Of a stretch of DNA of 64,000 bases, positions 10,291-20,240 are shown piece by piece (position 1 is the stretch's first letter; each line of letters starts with the position of its first letter). The DNA comes from an uncultured Thermodesulfobacteriota bacterium (GTDB taxonomy: Bacteria > Desulfobacterota > Thermodesulfobacteria > Thermodesulfobacteriales > Thermodesulfatatoraceae). The DNA lies in assembly GCA_964601575.1 (NCBI GenBank), contig CAZROA010000069.1, forward strand, positions 1,692-65,691, written 5' to 3'. The translations under genes were made by a program, and so were the position numbers. Below the pieces are notes generated by a model. It had not been told where the DNA came from. It saw only the letters and a list, made by a program, of their open reading frames with translations, and searched no databases.

Positions 10291-11070
10291 TTAGAAGGAG
10301 ACACTAAGGCTTACTCCGCCGTAAAAGTGGTCGTGATTATTGTCCCAAGAGGAAGCGGCCAAGAGTTTGTCGGCGTCATCGCTCAAAGAAAAGGAATAGG
10401 CCATTATAGGGGTAACGGTGAGATTTTCGGTCACCGGGATACTGACCGAAGCCGAGAGATCAAGATTTAGCCAACCGGAATAGGCATCGGTGGGATCATC
10501 AGGATCGGCATAGGCCCCCTCATCGTTGGATTTGAGATAAAGGGCAGTGGCCGAGAGGTCTAAAGAGGCCTTTTTCCAGGGGAGGGCAAAGCTCTTCCCG
10601 GCGGAAAGCTCAAACCACCAGCCTGGATAATGGGAAATCTCGCGATAGACAGTAAACCCTAAAGAAATACCGGTTACCGGACAGGTCCCGGAAAGAGCGG
10701 TATAAATCTCAAAGGAATCCAAGTCTTCAAGAGAATAATAGACAGTCCCTATATCTAGAGAGAGACCGTAGGGTAGCTTGTCATAGGTATAACTCACGGT
10801 GAAGTCAGTTTCGTTCCAGTTGGCCTCATCTGAAGTAGCCTCATCGGTATCGTAATTACCCCAAAAATTGACGGAAAAGCCCTTATAGCCCATGGTCATA
10901 GAGGGTTGGATGACCAGAGAATTATCGGAAAGGGCCATCCCCCGCCAGATATACTGGCTCATAAAATCAACCGAAAAATCCACGGTGGGCTTTTCTGCTG
11001 CCCAGGTCGGAGAAAGACCGATCAAGACCAACAAACACACCGCCAAAGACCAACCTTTTACTTTGCTCAT
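10291..11070 (-). CDS. Outer-membrane beta-barrel protein, TorF/Gcw_chp-like putative porin
   Basis: Signal peptide MSKVKGWSLAVCLLVLIGLSPTWA, alternating beta-strand pattern rich in Tyr, Ser and Asp, and a C-terminal aromatic residue (SVSF). Confidence 0.65.
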   Translation of the reverse strand: MSKVKGWSLAVCLLVLIGLSPTWAAEKPTVDFSVDFMSQYIWRGMALSDNSLVIQPSMTMGYKGFSVNFWGNYDTDEATSDEANWNETDFTVSYTYDKLPYGLSLDIGTVYYSLEDLDSFEIYTALSGTCPVTGISLGFTVYREISHYPGWWFELSAGKSFALPWKKASLDLSATALYLKSNDEGAYADPDDPTDAYSGWLNLDLSASVSIPVTENLTVTPIMAYSFSLSDDADKLLAASSWDNNHDHFYGGVSLSVSF

Positions 11071-11175
11071 GATTGAACCTCCTTTTATTTGATTTTTAAA
11101 AGCTTTTGTTGGCCAAAGAAGGCGGGGGAGGGGGCCTCCCCCGAAAACCTCCAGGAGAGGAGGTAAGGGCTTTTT

Positions 11176-11514
11176 TTAAATAGCGGCTCCTCCGCGTTCA
11201 CCGCTCCTTATGCGCAAGGCGTCCAATACCTCGTAGACAAAGATCTTTCCATCACCGATCTCACCGGTCCTGGCCGCCATGGCGATGGTTTCCATGATCT
11301 TCTCCATGTCTTCGTCTTTGCAGACCACCTTGATCTCAAGTTTGGGCAAAAGGTCCACTTTGTATTCCCGACCCCTGAATTGCTCGATGAGTCCAGCTTG
11401 ACGTCCGTGTCCTTCTACCTGGGTCACCGTCACCCCTGGATGTCCGGCTTTCTCTAAGGCCTCAAGGACATCCTGGAGTTTTTCTGGTCGGATAATGGCT
11501 CTTATTTCCTTCAT
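11176..11514 (-). CDS. glnK: P-II family nitrogen regulator
   Basis: 112 aa. Canonical P-II sequence (MKEIRAIIRPEKLQDVLEALEKAGHPGVTVTQVEGHGRQ, T-loop GREYKVDLLPK). Located 3 nt downstream of amtB. Confidence 0.95.
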   Translation of the reverse strand: MKEIRAIIRPEKLQDVLEALEKAGHPGVTVTQVEGHGRQAGLIEQFRGREYKVDLLPKLEIKVVCKDEDMEKIMETIAMAARTGEIGDGKIFVYEVLDALRIRSGERGGAAI

Positions 11515-11517
11515 TTT

Positions 11518-12882
11518 TTACCTCCTCATGGTGTAAAATTCCGGATAGGCAGGGGTACCATGTTCGATGATGTCCAAGCCCTGAATCTCTTCTCTGGGTT
11601 CCACCCGAATGCCGATGAGGAGATCAAGGACCTTGAATAGGATTAGACCGCATCCGAAGGCCCAGACAAAGAGGGCTGCAGCCCCGATGAGCTGAGCAAT
11701 GAGCTGTCCGGCCCCGCCGCCGTAAAGAAGCCCTTTTACAAAGGGTGGGTCAATCGAATAATTACCATAAGTGCCGTCGGCAAAGAGCCCTACGGAAATG
11801 AGTCCCCAGAGCCCGTTAAAACCGTGTACCGGGACAGCACCGACCGGGTCGTCGATCTTCAAGGCCTCTAGGAGATAGACCCCGATGACCAAGATGATCC
11901 CAGCCACGATACCGATTACCACTGCTGCCCAAGACTCCACCCAGGCACAAGGGGCGGTAATGGCCACCAGCCCGGCCAAAACTCCGTTAAGGGCCATACC
12001 AAGGTCCCACTTTTTGGTCTTGGCCAACACGATGATTAAGGCCGTGAGCGAGGCCGCTGAAGCCGCCAAAGTGGTATTCACGGCAATGACCGAAATCCTC
12101 AGATGATGGGCGGAGAAAGTAGAGCCGGGATTAAAGCCGTACCAACCGAACCAAAGGATGAAGACTCCCAAGGCAGCCAGACCAATGTTATGACCGGGTA
12201 TGGCCCGGGGTTTCCCTTCTCGGTCGAACTTACCATAGCGTGGACCAAGGACGATGGCCCCGGCCAGACCTACCAAGCCCCCGACAGCATGGACCACTCC
12301 TGATCCGGCAAAGTCAAGGTGCCCTAAACCGAACTTGAGCTGTGAAAGCCAACCACCACCCCAGACCCAGTGGGCGTAAATTGGGTAGACTACCGCGCTG
12401 ATGGCGATGGAATAGAGCAGATAGGCCGAGAATTTGATCCGTTCAGCCACTGCTCCGGAGACGATAGTGGCTGCGGTAGCACAAAAGACCATTTGCCAAA
12501 AGAAGGAAAGATAATTGCTTACATCGTAGCCGTCGCCAGCCAGAAAAAAGCCTGAAGTGCCCATAAAGCCCTTCCAGTCTGTACCCATCAAGATGGCATA
12601 ACCCACGGCCCAGAAGGCCAGCGATCCGGCGACGAAGTCCATCAAGTTTTTGGTGAGGAGATTGGTGGTGTTTTTGGAACGGCAAAAACCCGCTTCCACA
12701 CAAGCAAAACCGGCCTGCATGAACATGACCAAGAAACCACAGATCAGTACCCAGACGAAATCCACCGCCTTACCAGGGTCAGCCTTAATGGTTTGAGCCC
12801 CGGTAGGGTCTCCGGCAAGTGCTGTTGCCCCCCAAAAAAGGGCCAGAGCCAGACCCAACAACAAGAAACGCCATCTGCCCAT
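11518..12882 (-). CDS. amtB: Ammonium transporter
   Basis: 454 aa, multi-TM, with Amt signatures (DFAGSGVVHAVGG, VPVHGFNGLWG) and an N-terminal signal sequence. Confidence 0.95.
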   Translation of the reverse strand: MGRWRFLLLGLALALFWGATALAGDPTGAQTIKADPGKAVDFVWVLICGFLVMFMQAGFACVEAGFCRSKNTTNLLTKNLMDFVAGSLAFWAVGYAILMGTDWKGFMGTSGFFLAGDGYDVSNYLSFFWQMVFCATAATIVSGAVAERIKFSAYLLYSIAISAVVYPIYAHWVWGGGWLSQLKFGLGHLDFAGSGVVHAVGGLVGLAGAIVLGPRYGKFDREGKPRAIPGHNIGLAALGVFILWFGWYGFNPGSTFSAHHLRISVIAVNTTLAASAASLTALIIVLAKTKKWDLGMALNGVLAGLVAITAPCAWVESWAAVVIGIVAGIILVIGVYLLEALKIDDPVGAVPVHGFNGLWGLISVGLFADGTYGNYSIDPPFVKGLLYGGGAGQLIAQLIGAAALFVWAFGCGLILFKVLDLLIGIRVEPREEIQGLDIIEHGTPAYPEFYTMRR

Positions 12883-12918
12883 GATCTAACCTCCTTTTCA
12901 AGTTTTATTTTTGGTTAA

Positions 12919-12935
12919 AGCAACTAATATGCCAA
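12919..12935 (-). promoter_or_regulatory. Sigma-54 (-24/-12) promoter for amtB-glnK
   Basis: The minus strand reads TTGGCATATTAGTTGCT, that is TGGCAT-N5-TTGCT with canonical GG/GC spacing. It lies about 35 nt upstream of the amtB ATG, and a sigma-54 activator gene is adjacent. Confidence 0.75.
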
Positions 12936-13058
12936 TTTGTTTTATTGCTTTAGCAAAAACATTTTTCATTCGGAACTCGGCAAAGACTTTTCAAAAATTT
13001 TCAAAAATGTTAAGAAATTAAATTACAAAAATGACATTTCCTAAAGACGAAGTAAAAA

Positions 13059-14636
13059 CTATGAGGGAGGAGTCTTGAAGGGTTTGCGTACCGGAGGACG
13101 CCCGTGTTTCAGGGGAATTTGGCCTTCTAAACCTAATTTTTTGATCCGATAACGTAATTGTCTGAAACTGAGCCCCAATTCTTTGGCTGCTCGAGCAATG
13201 ACAAAATCGTGTCTTTTCAAGATACGATAAATCTCTTCGGCAGAGGGTTCAGTGCGAGGAATTTCTTGATCTTCTGCTAAAAACAATTCCTTGGCCTCTG
13301 GCTTTTTGAGAAGGGATTTGACTTCTTGGACGTCTACCTTCTTTTGGTCACACACAATAAAGAGTCTTTCCAAAAAGTTTTCCAATTCCCGGATATTTCC
13401 AGGCCAAGGATAGCGAACCATGATTTCCATGGCCTCCGGGCTAAATCTCAGTTCCCGGGCATATTCTTTACTCAGGCGACGTAGGATAAAGTTGATCAGC
13501 AAGGGAATGTCTTCCCGTCTCCTTCGCAGGGGCGGAAGACTGATGGGAAAGACGTTTAGACGAAAATAGAGATCTTCGCGGAAGCTTCCATGGGCGACCA
13601 ATTTGGAGAGATCTTGGTTAGTGGCGGCGATAATCCTTACATCTACCCTCCTGGTCTTGGTGCTCCCGAGACGTTCGAATTCCCGTTCCTGGATGAAGCG
13701 CAGGAGTTTGGCCTGTAGGGGGAGAGAGAGTTCGGCCACTTCGTCAAGAAAAATGGTCCCACCTTCGGCCTCTTCCAACCGTCCTGGTTTGCTGGACACT
13801 GCCCCGGTAAAGGCCCCTCGTTCGTAACCGAATAGTTCAGCCTCAAGGAGATTTTCCGGGAGTACAGCGCAATTTATCTTTACAAATGGCCCAGAGGCCC
13901 GGGGGGAGAGTTCGTGAATCAGTCTAGCGGTAAGGGTCTTTCCAGTACCAGACTCACCCAGCAAGAGCACGGTGGCCTTGGTCGGGGCCACTCGACGTAC
14001 CAAGGCCAAGACCCTCTGCATCTCTGGATTGCGAGAACTGGCCATAAAGTCACTAAAGCGTTTTTTTAATTCCGTGCGCAGGACGAGGTTTTCCTGGCGC
14101 AGGCGTTGCTCCCGTTCCTCTACTTTACGTCTTAGGCTTACAAATTGAGCCACTAAAAGGGCCACTATCTCCAAAAAACGAATATCCTCTCGGAAATCGA
14201 TCTCTGTACCAAAGAGTCGATCCACGGAAAGGACGCCGATCACTTGGTCCTCCAGGACGATGGGTACCGCAATGAAAGAGATTCGATCTTTGTGTAATTT
14301 TCTGGCCCCGGTACGGTTCAAGAAGAGAGGTTCTTCGCGAACATCAAGGACGAGGCACGGTTCTCCGGAAAGAAAGACCTTGCCCGTGATCCCTTCTCCA
14401 GGGGCATAGATGCCGCGTCGTTCTTCTTCTGGAGAAAGGCCATAAGAGGCGCGGATGAGGAGCCGATTCAGATCTTCGTCAAAGAGGGTGATGGCCGCCC
14501 GTTCCATTTTGAGCTTTTTGCCAAGGATGCACAGGATGCTACGCAGGGCTTCGTCTAAATCCAGCGCCTCTCCAATGATCCGGCAGGCCGCATGCAAGAC
14601 TTCTAACTTTACAGAATCTATACCCTTTTCAAGCAT
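13059..14636 (-). CDS. Sigma-54-dependent transcriptional activator with N-terminal GAF domain (NifA-like architecture)
   Basis: GAF-like N-terminus, an AAA+ sigma-54 interaction core ([45 protein letters not shown]) and a C-terminal Fis-type HTH ([22 protein letters not shown]). Confidence 0.9.
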   Translation of the reverse strand: MLEKGIDSVKLEVLHAACRIIGEALDLDEALRSILCILGKKLKMERAAITLFDEDLNRLLIRASYGLSPEEERRGIYAPGEGITGKVFLSGEPCLVLDVREEPLFLNRTGARKLHKDRISFIAVPIVLEDQVIGVLSVDRLFGTEIDFREDIRFLEIVALLVAQFVSLRRKVEEREQRLRQENLVLRTELKKRFSDFMASSRNPEMQRVLALVRRVAPTKATVLLLGESGTGKTLTARLIHELSPRASGPFVKINCAVLPENLLEAELFGYERGAFTGAVSSKPGRLEEAEGGTIFLDEVAELSLPLQAKLLRFIQEREFERLGSTKTRRVDVRIIAATNQDLSKLVAHGSFREDLYFRLNVFPISLPPLRRRREDIPLLINFILRRLSKEYARELRFSPEAMEIMVRYPWPGNIRELENFLERLFIVCDQKKVDVQEVKSLLKKPEAKELFLAEDQEIPRTEPSAEEIYRILKRHDFVIARAAKELGLSFRQLRYRIKKLGLEGQIPLKHGRPPVRKPFKTPPS

Positions 14637-15816
14637 TTGACTTTTTTGTAAAAATTAAATCTTCAAAAGGGTCAAATTTGTAACTTCCTTTAGGAGAGAC
14701 CTTGCCCAAAAAGAGATATTTTTGGGCCACTCGACGAATTTCCGGGTCGGTTAAGGGGCGTCCTTTCTCACGCGAGAGTCGTTTGAGATGTTTGACAATA
14801 ATGTCCAGCGAAGGTTCGGTAAGTCTCAGGCCGTATTCGCGTAATTTGGCCTTAATGGCTGCCCTACCTGACTTGGCCCCGATACCGAATTTTCGTTTAA
14901 GCCCTAATGCTTCGGGAGGAAAGGGTTCATAGAGTTCTTTGGCCTTGTACAGGCCTTCCACGTGCAGGCCTGTTTCGCAGTAAAAGAGTTTTCGACCTAA
15001 AATGGGTTTAAATTCCGAAAGAGAAGTTCCCGCATGCCAGGCTACAAAATGACAGGCCGGAGAGAGTTTTTCCAGGCGATAATGTCTTTTTCCACGCCGA
15101 AAGTAAAGATAGGCCAAGACCTCTTCTAGTGGAGCAATCCCTGCCCGTTCTCCGAGACCAAGAAGGCTCACGTCCACCCAATTCGCCCCGGCCTCAAGGG
15201 CAGCGATGGCGTTTCCAGTGGCCAAGCCAAAGTCGTTGTGGGCGTGGAAAGATAGTTCAGTTTGGGGAAAGGCGGTCTTAATTTTTTTGATCAAGGCTTC
15301 GGTCTCTAAGGGGTTTAAGAGGCCGAGGGTGTCTGAGAGGCGAATACGTTTCGCTCCAGCTTGTACCGCGACCTCGATCACTCGAAAAAGAAAATCCTCT
15401 TCAGCGCGACTGGTATCCTCAAGCCCGAGGGAAACGTAACTGAATCTAGAAGCCGCTTGGCTTACTAGGGTTTCGATCCTTTTGAGGAGCTTTACCTTGG
15501 AGAGGCGAAGTCGTTTTCGGAGATGAAGAGGAGAAACCGGGACACTCAGATTCAGTTTTGCTTCGGGAAAGGATTCAGCCAACAGGAGATCTTCCTCCCG
15601 TAAGCGGCACCAAAGGCTTAGCTTTCCCAGAAATCCTCTTTTCAGGAGGGTCTCCCATAGGGCTTTTAATTCTTCGTCTTCTCTTACCACCCCTATTTCG
15701 ATCTCTTCTATCCCAAGTTCCATCAAAAAACAGGCGATCCTTTGCCTGATTTCTAAGGAAAAGTAGACTCCGTAGCGTTGTTCCCCTTCTCTTAGGGTGG
15801 TGTCTAATAGCTTCAT
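14629..15816 (-). CDS. HMGL-like 2-oxoacid:acetyl-CoA condensing enzyme (homocitrate / citramalate / isopropylmalate synthase family, NifV-like size)
   Basis: N-terminal [11 protein letters not shown] and [21 protein letters not shown] motifs. About 395 aa with no LeuA regulatory domain. Its 3' end overlaps the activator start by 8 nt. The start is the ATG at 15816 or the TTG at 15834. Confidence 0.75.
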   Translation of the reverse strand: MKLLDTTLREGEQRYGVYFSLEIRQRIACFLMELGIEEIEIGVVREDEELKALWETLLKRGFLGKLSLWCRLREEDLLLAESFPEAKLNLSVPVSPLHLRKRLRLSKVKLLKRIETLVSQAASRFSYVSLGLEDTSRAEEDFLFRVIEVAVQAGAKRIRLSDTLGLLNPLETEALIKKIKTAFPQTELSFHAHNDFGLATGNAIAALEAGANWVDVSLLGLGERAGIAPLEEVLAYLYFRRGKRHYRLEKLSPACHFVAWHAGTSLSEFKPILGRKLFYCETGLHVEGLYKAKELYEPFPPEALGLKRKFGIGAKSGRAAIKAKLREYGLRLTEPSLDIIVKHLKRLSREKGRPLTDPEIRRVAQKYLFLGKVSPKGSYKFDPFEDLIFTKKSNA

Positions 15817-15864
15817 CACCGGAGAGAAAAGCAAATTTCATTCCAAATAAGGAGATATAGAAAA

Positions 15865-17106
15865 TTAACGGTGTTTACTAAGGGAAGATCGGATTAGGGC
15901 AGCGGTTTCAGGGGCCACTCCTTGATGTTTGAAAAAGAGTTTTTCTGCGGCCTCACTCATGGACTTTCTCTTTTTTGTAATCTCTTTCCAGGCCGTAGCG
16001 ATGGCCTGAGGATCAGGAGGGACCTCAAGCCCGGCCCCTTGTCTTTGAAATTCTTTGGCTAGGTTTCGCACACTTTCGTGATAAGGCCCGAAAGTAACCG
16101 GGACACCTAAGCAAGCAGGTTCAAGGAGATTATGTCCGCCCAACGGGACCAGGGACCCGCCGACGAAGGCCGTTTCTCCTAGGGCGTAGAGGGCTCGTAG
16201 TTCACCCAAAGTATCTACGACGAGGACTCGACAAGGCTGCGGTCTGCTCCTTCGAGCCGTGGGGAAACCTTGTTTGCGGGCCAAATCTTCTACTTCATGG
16301 GCTCGTTCTGGATGACGCGGGCAGAGAATAAGGCTCCCTTGGCCAAAGAGTTTAAAGGCCTTAAGCAGGAGCTCCTCTTCTCCTGGATGGGTGGAACCGC
16401 AGACGATGACTGGTTGGACGAGGTAAGGGCCTAGTTCTTTAAAAAGCTGTTTTACCTTGGAGACCTCGGGTAAGGCAAGGTCGAACTTGAGGTTTCCAAG
16501 ATAAAGGATCGGTTTTTCCGGTAAAAGGGCCTGAAAACGTTTGGCATCGTCTTCGGTGGCGGTGGTCAAGAGCTCAAAAGGATCGTAGAGGAAACGGGCT
16601 AGGCTAGGCCATTTTCTTAGACGTTTATAGGCCTTTTGAGAGATGGCTGCATTGACCATGAAAACCTGGGTACCTTTTTGCCTTAGAGACCAAAGGAGAT
16701 TGGGCCAGACGTCTGTTTCCACCAAGATATAAGCTTCCGGCTGGATGGTCTTGACAAAGTTTTGCACAATGGGCCTTAGGTCAAGAGGAGCGGGGAAAAT
16801 GACCTCTACTTCAGACCTTAAGTGACGACAGGCAAAGGAAAAGCCAGAGCTGGTGGTAACGCTCAAGACCACGGTGGCAGAAGAAAATTCCGCCTTTAGG
16901 GCCTTGAGCAGGCCTCTTGCCGCCTGAATTTCTCCCACCGAAAGGGCGTGGACCCAGATGACAGGCCGGCTTAAAGCCAGAGAAGGAGGAAAAAGCCTCT
17001 TTAGGGCCAGAGATCTCCTTTTTTTGGCAAGAAGTGGCAACAGCCACAGAGGCCAGGTCAAGAGTTGGGCCAAATTGTAAGCGCGATAGAGATTTTTCAT
17101 TATCAA
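15865..17106 (-). CDS. waaA: 3-deoxy-D-manno-octulosonic acid (Kdo) transferase
   Basis: 413 aa with WVHALSVGE near the N-terminus, a glycosyltransferase N-domain and a GGSLVPLGGHNLLEP motif. Confidence 0.88.
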   Translation of the reverse strand: MIMKNLYRAYNLAQLLTWPLWLLPLLAKKRRSLALKRLFPPSLALSRPVIWVHALSVGEIQAARGLLKALKAEFSSATVVLSVTTSSGFSFACRHLRSEVEVIFPAPLDLRPIVQNFVKTIQPEAYILVETDVWPNLLWSLRQKGTQVFMVNAAISQKAYKRLRKWPSLARFLYDPFELLTTATEDDAKRFQALLPEKPILYLGNLKFDLALPEVSKVKQLFKELGPYLVQPVIVCGSTHPGEEELLLKAFKLFGQGSLILCPRHPERAHEVEDLARKQGFPTARRSRPQPCRVLVVDTLGELRALYALGETAFVGGSLVPLGGHNLLEPACLGVPVTFGPYHESVRNLAKEFQRQGAGLEVPPDPQAIATAWKEITKKRKSMSEAAEKLFFKHQGVAPETAALIRSSLSKHR

Positions 17107-17249
17107 TTCTCCGACCGGTTTTCTCTTTTTACTTCAAATCTGAGCTTTTCCATAGGCAAATCGTCTCAATTTTTCTGGGCTTATATTGGACAAGATCTTT
17201 CGGATGACACCCCTTAAAACCGGAGTATTATTTTTCTAGGAGGTCTGTC

Positions 17250-17942
17250 ATGGATATCAAAGAGCGCTTTTCTTTTATCAAAGAGAAGGTCACAGAGGTG
17301 TGTAAAAGGGCTGGGCGTGATCCCGGTGAAGTAAAGATTCTCGGGGCCAGTAAGAAGCAAGCGGTAGAAAAGATTCGAGCCGCTTATGAAGCGGGCCTCC
17401 GTCTGATTGGTGAAAATTACGTCCAAGAGGCCAGAGAAAAGCGTGAAGCCCTTTCTGATTTGGCCCTTGAGTGGCACCTTATCGGTCCGCTTCAGACCAA
17501 CAAGGCCAAGCAAGCGGTAAAGATATTCGATCTGATAGAGACCATAGATCGGCCTTCGGTGGCCAAAGAATTGGCCAAACGGGCAGAGAAGTCTGGGCGG
17601 TGTCTACCGGTGTTTATTGAAGTTAATGTGGGGGGAGAAGAGACCAAGGCCGGAGTAGCCCCTGAAGAGCTCTTTTCCTTGGCGGAACTGGTCATTTCTC
17701 TACCACCCCTTGAACTCCAAGGATTAATGACTTTGCCGCCTTATCGAGAAGATCCAGAGGAGGTAAGGCCATTTTTTGCCAAGTTACGTGGGCTTTTGGA
17801 AGAACTAAAAAAGAGATTTCCCGAAGCCCCGCTTTCTGAACTTTCCATGGGGATGAGTCATGACTTCGAGGTGGCCATTGAGGAAGGGGCGACCATCGTC
17901 AGGGTAGGGACGGCCCTCTTTGGTCCCAGGCCTCCTAAGTGA
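17250..17942 (+). CDS. yggS: YggS family pyridoxal-phosphate homeostasis protein
   Basis: 230 aa. ILGASKKQ (PLP lysine), GENYVQE, WHLIGPLQTNK and MGMSHDFEVAIEEGAT motifs. Confidence 0.92.
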   Translation: MDIKERFSFIKEKVTEVCKRAGRDPGEVKILGASKKQAVEKIRAAYEAGLRLIGENYVQEAREKREALSDLALEWHLIGPLQTNKAKQAVKIFDLIETIDRPSVAKELAKRAEKSGRCLPVFIEVNVGGEETKAGVAPEELFSLAELVISLPPLELQGLMTLPPYREDPEEVRPFFAKLRGLLEELKKRFPEAPLSELSMGMSHDFEVAIEEGATIVRVGTALFGPRPPK

Positions 17943-18010
17943 TCTGGAAAGTTAGGTTTGATGTCTTAAATTTTTTGGTGGCCTCTAAAATTTGCTTCAA
18001 GGAGCAGATA

Positions 18011-18310
18011 ATGCCTATTTATTATGAATTGCGGGTGGTGGCCAAGAAGATAGGGCTGTCTCCTCGAACTCTAAAGGTCTGGATTGAAGAGGGTCTCATC
18101 GAGCCAAGACGTGAGGGTCGAAAAATCCTCTTTGCCGAAGATGATTTAAAGCGCCTTCTTACCATCCGCCGTCTCCGTGATGACTTAGGGGTCAACCTGG
18201 CTGGTATTGATATTATTCTTCAGCTCCTCGACCGCTTGGCTAAGTTGCAGGCCGAGATAGATCGCCTCAAAAGGGCCTTACGAGAAAGAGAGACGTCCCT
18301 TCCATTATAG
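18011..18310 (+). CDS. MerR-family (HspR/CbpM-like) small DNA-binding protein
   Basis: N-terminal MerR-type HTH (YELRVVAKKIGLSPRTLKVWIEEGLIEP) followed by a coiled coil. ATG at 18011 with GGAG upstream; the upstream part of the ORF-track call overlaps yggS. Confidence 0.7.
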   Translation: MPIYYELRVVAKKIGLSPRTLKVWIEEGLIEPRREGRKILFAEDDLKRLLTIRRLRDDLGVNLAGIDIILQLLDRLAKLQAEIDRLKRALRERETSLPL

Positions 18311-18468
18311 TTTTCTTTGGGGGTCAAAAAGGACCAATTTTCGAATAGTTGATCGGGGCCCTTTCCTTCCTTGTCAAGGAGGGGATCATGATCCTCTCAC
18401 CAGAAAATTTCACCTGGTAAGCTAAAATATCGGTAAAATATCGTTAATTATCTCTTCTTAGATCCCAT

Positions 18469-19449
18469 ATGGAGGAAATGATGTTTCCAAAAAAGATCCT
18501 TTTTCTAACCTTTTTACTAATTTTTCTTATTTTTTCTCCGATTTGGGCCGGACGGATTGTCTTGAAGGTCTTTCATGCCGGAAGCCTATCGGTGCCTTTT
18601 GGCGAGATCGAAAAGGCCTTTGAGGCCAAATATCCTTGGATAGACGTCCGGCGGGAATCAAGCGGGAGTGTACAGGCCATACGTAAAGTGATTGACCTTC
18701 ACAAGCCCTGCGATGTGGTGGTCAGTGCCGATTATTCCCTCATTCCCCAGATGATGTTTCCTGTTTATGCGGATCATGTAAAGCTCTTTACCCGCAACGA
18801 ATTGGTGCTTTGTTACACGGAAAGATCAAAGTTTGCCAAGGAGATAAACAGCCAGAACTGGTACGAAATCCTCGCCAGAGATGGGGTAAAATGGGCCTTT
18901 TCTAACCCAAACCTCGATCCATGTGGCTACCGAGCGATGATGTGTATCCTTTTGGCCGAAGTCTATTACCAAAAACCCTTGGCCGAGATACTGCTTGCCA
19001 AGTATTTGCCCTTTGTGTTTCACAAGGAAGGCTCTCACCTGGTAGCTATTGTCCCGGAGTCCTTCGCCCCTCGTGGGCACAAGATCTTTATCCGTCCTAA
19101 GTCGGTAGAACTCTTGGGGCTCCTTGAAAGTGGAACCATTGACTATGCCATAGAATATCTGAGCGTTGCCTTACAGCACCATTTGAAATATGTGAAATTA
19201 CCCCCGGAAATAAACTTGAGCCAGGTAGAGTATGCCTCCTATTATGCTCAAGTGAAGGTAAAACTAGGGACGGGGAAAGTGGTCTCTGGAAAGCCTATTG
19301 TCTACGGAATAGCAGCCCTTAAGACGGCCCCCCATCCCAAGGAGGCCAAACTCTTTGAAGACTTTGTCACCGGCAAAGAAGGGGCACAAATCCTCAGGGC
19401 CTTTTCCCAGACTCCGATCTACCCGGCAAAATTAATCGTGAACCAATGA
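18469..19449 (+). CDS. wtpA: Tungstate/molybdate ABC transporter substrate-binding protein (WtpA/ModA type)
   Basis: Signal or anchor sequence followed by LKVFHAGSLSVPF and SNPNLDPCGYR motifs of oxoanion-binding proteins, with the permease and ATPase genes downstream. The true start may be the ATG at 18481, 5 nt after GGAGG. Confidence 0.75.
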   Translation: MEEMMFPKKILFLTFLLIFLIFSPIWAGRIVLKVFHAGSLSVPFGEIEKAFEAKYPWIDVRRESSGSVQAIRKVIDLHKPCDVVVSADYSLIPQMMFPVYADHVKLFTRNELVLCYTERSKFAKEINSQNWYEILARDGVKWAFSNPNLDPCGYRAMMCILLAEVYYQKPLAEILLAKYLPFVFHKEGSHLVAIVPESFAPRGHKIFIRPKSVELLGLLESGTIDYAIEYLSVALQHHLKYVKLPPEINLSQVEYASYYAQVKVKLGTGKVVSGKPIVYGIAALKTAPHPKEAKLFEDFVTGKEGAQILRAFSQTPIYPAKLIVNQ

Positions 19450-20240
19450 AAAGGCTCGACTTAAACACCCTTATCACCCTGATTCTTTGTTTTATTTGCT
19501 TTAGTTTTATCATTTTGCCCATTCTGCATCTTTTTACCGGGCTTGAGGGAGAAAGTTTTTGGGCCTCGGTAAGAGATGCCGAAGTATGGTCGGCTATTTG
19601 GATCTCTTTCGTGGCGGCAGGGTTTTCTACTGTTATGGGGCTCATTCTCGGAGTGCCTACGGGCTTTTTGTTGGCCAGAAGGAGATTTCGTGGCCGTGAA
19701 TTCTTAGAAAGCATAACCAATTTGCCCATCGTCATTCCGCATGTCGCCGTGGGCATTATCCTGCTTGACCTGTTAAATGAAAATTCCTCAGTAGGGAGCC
19801 TCTTCTCTCGGCTCGGGATATCCTTTGTGGACACCATTTACGGAATCGTGGCGGCCATGTGTTTGGTCAGTATCTCCTATATCATTTCCTCTTCGATTAT
19901 GGGTTTTAGGGCCGTTGATCCGGAGCTTGAATGGACGGCGAGGTCTCTCGGGGCAAGTCCTTGGTATACCTTTACCCGAGTGACTCTACCTTTGGTTTTC
20001 CCATACTTACTCAGGGGATCTATCCTTTCTTTTGCCCGGGCCGTAAGCGAAGTAGGGGCGCTCTTGATCCTGGCCTATTATCCCAAGACAGCCCCTATTC
20101 TTCTTTACGAACGATTTGAAAATTACGGGCTTAAGAGCGCCAAACCCATTGCCGCTTTGGTGATTCTGCTAAGCCTTTTCCTCTTTACCTTGCTAGTGCT
20201 CACTTCTACCCCCAAAAGAGGAGAACGGGATGTTTCTTAA
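19446..20240 (+). CDS. wtpB: Tungstate/molybdate ABC transporter permease
   Basis: Six-TM MetI-like permease with an EAA-type loop (ARSLGASPWYTFTRVTLP). Overlaps wtpA by 4 nt. Confidence 0.75.
   Translation: MKRLDLNTLITLILCFICFSFIILPILHLFTGLEGESFWASVRDAEVWSAIWISFVAAGFSTVMGLILGVPTGFLLARRRFRGREFLESITNLPIVIPHVAVGIILLDLLNENSSVGSLFSRLGISFVDTIYGIVAAMCLVSISYIISSSIMGFRAVDPELEWTARSLGASPWYTFTRVTLPLVFPYLLRGSILSFARAVSEVGALLILAYYPKTAPILLYERFENYGLKSAKPIAALVILLSLFLFTLLVLTSTPKRGERDVS

Noticed and set aside
11071-11175. Second sigma-54 promoter (minus strand TTGGCCAACAAAAGCT) in front of the porin gene, and a G/C hairpin after glnK.
   Set aside because: The GG-to-GC spacing is one nucleotide short of the canonical -24/-12 geometry, and the -12 element lacks TTGC. 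The GGGGGAGG..CCTCCCCC hairpin lacks a convincing T tract.
18311-18468. Moco/tungsten-cofactor riboswitch in the wtpA leader.
   Set aside because: I could not recognise the conserved Moco-motif core by eye. The region is better described by a DNA palindrome, a mini-ORF and a tandem repeat, reported as a finding. A covariance-model scan would settle it.
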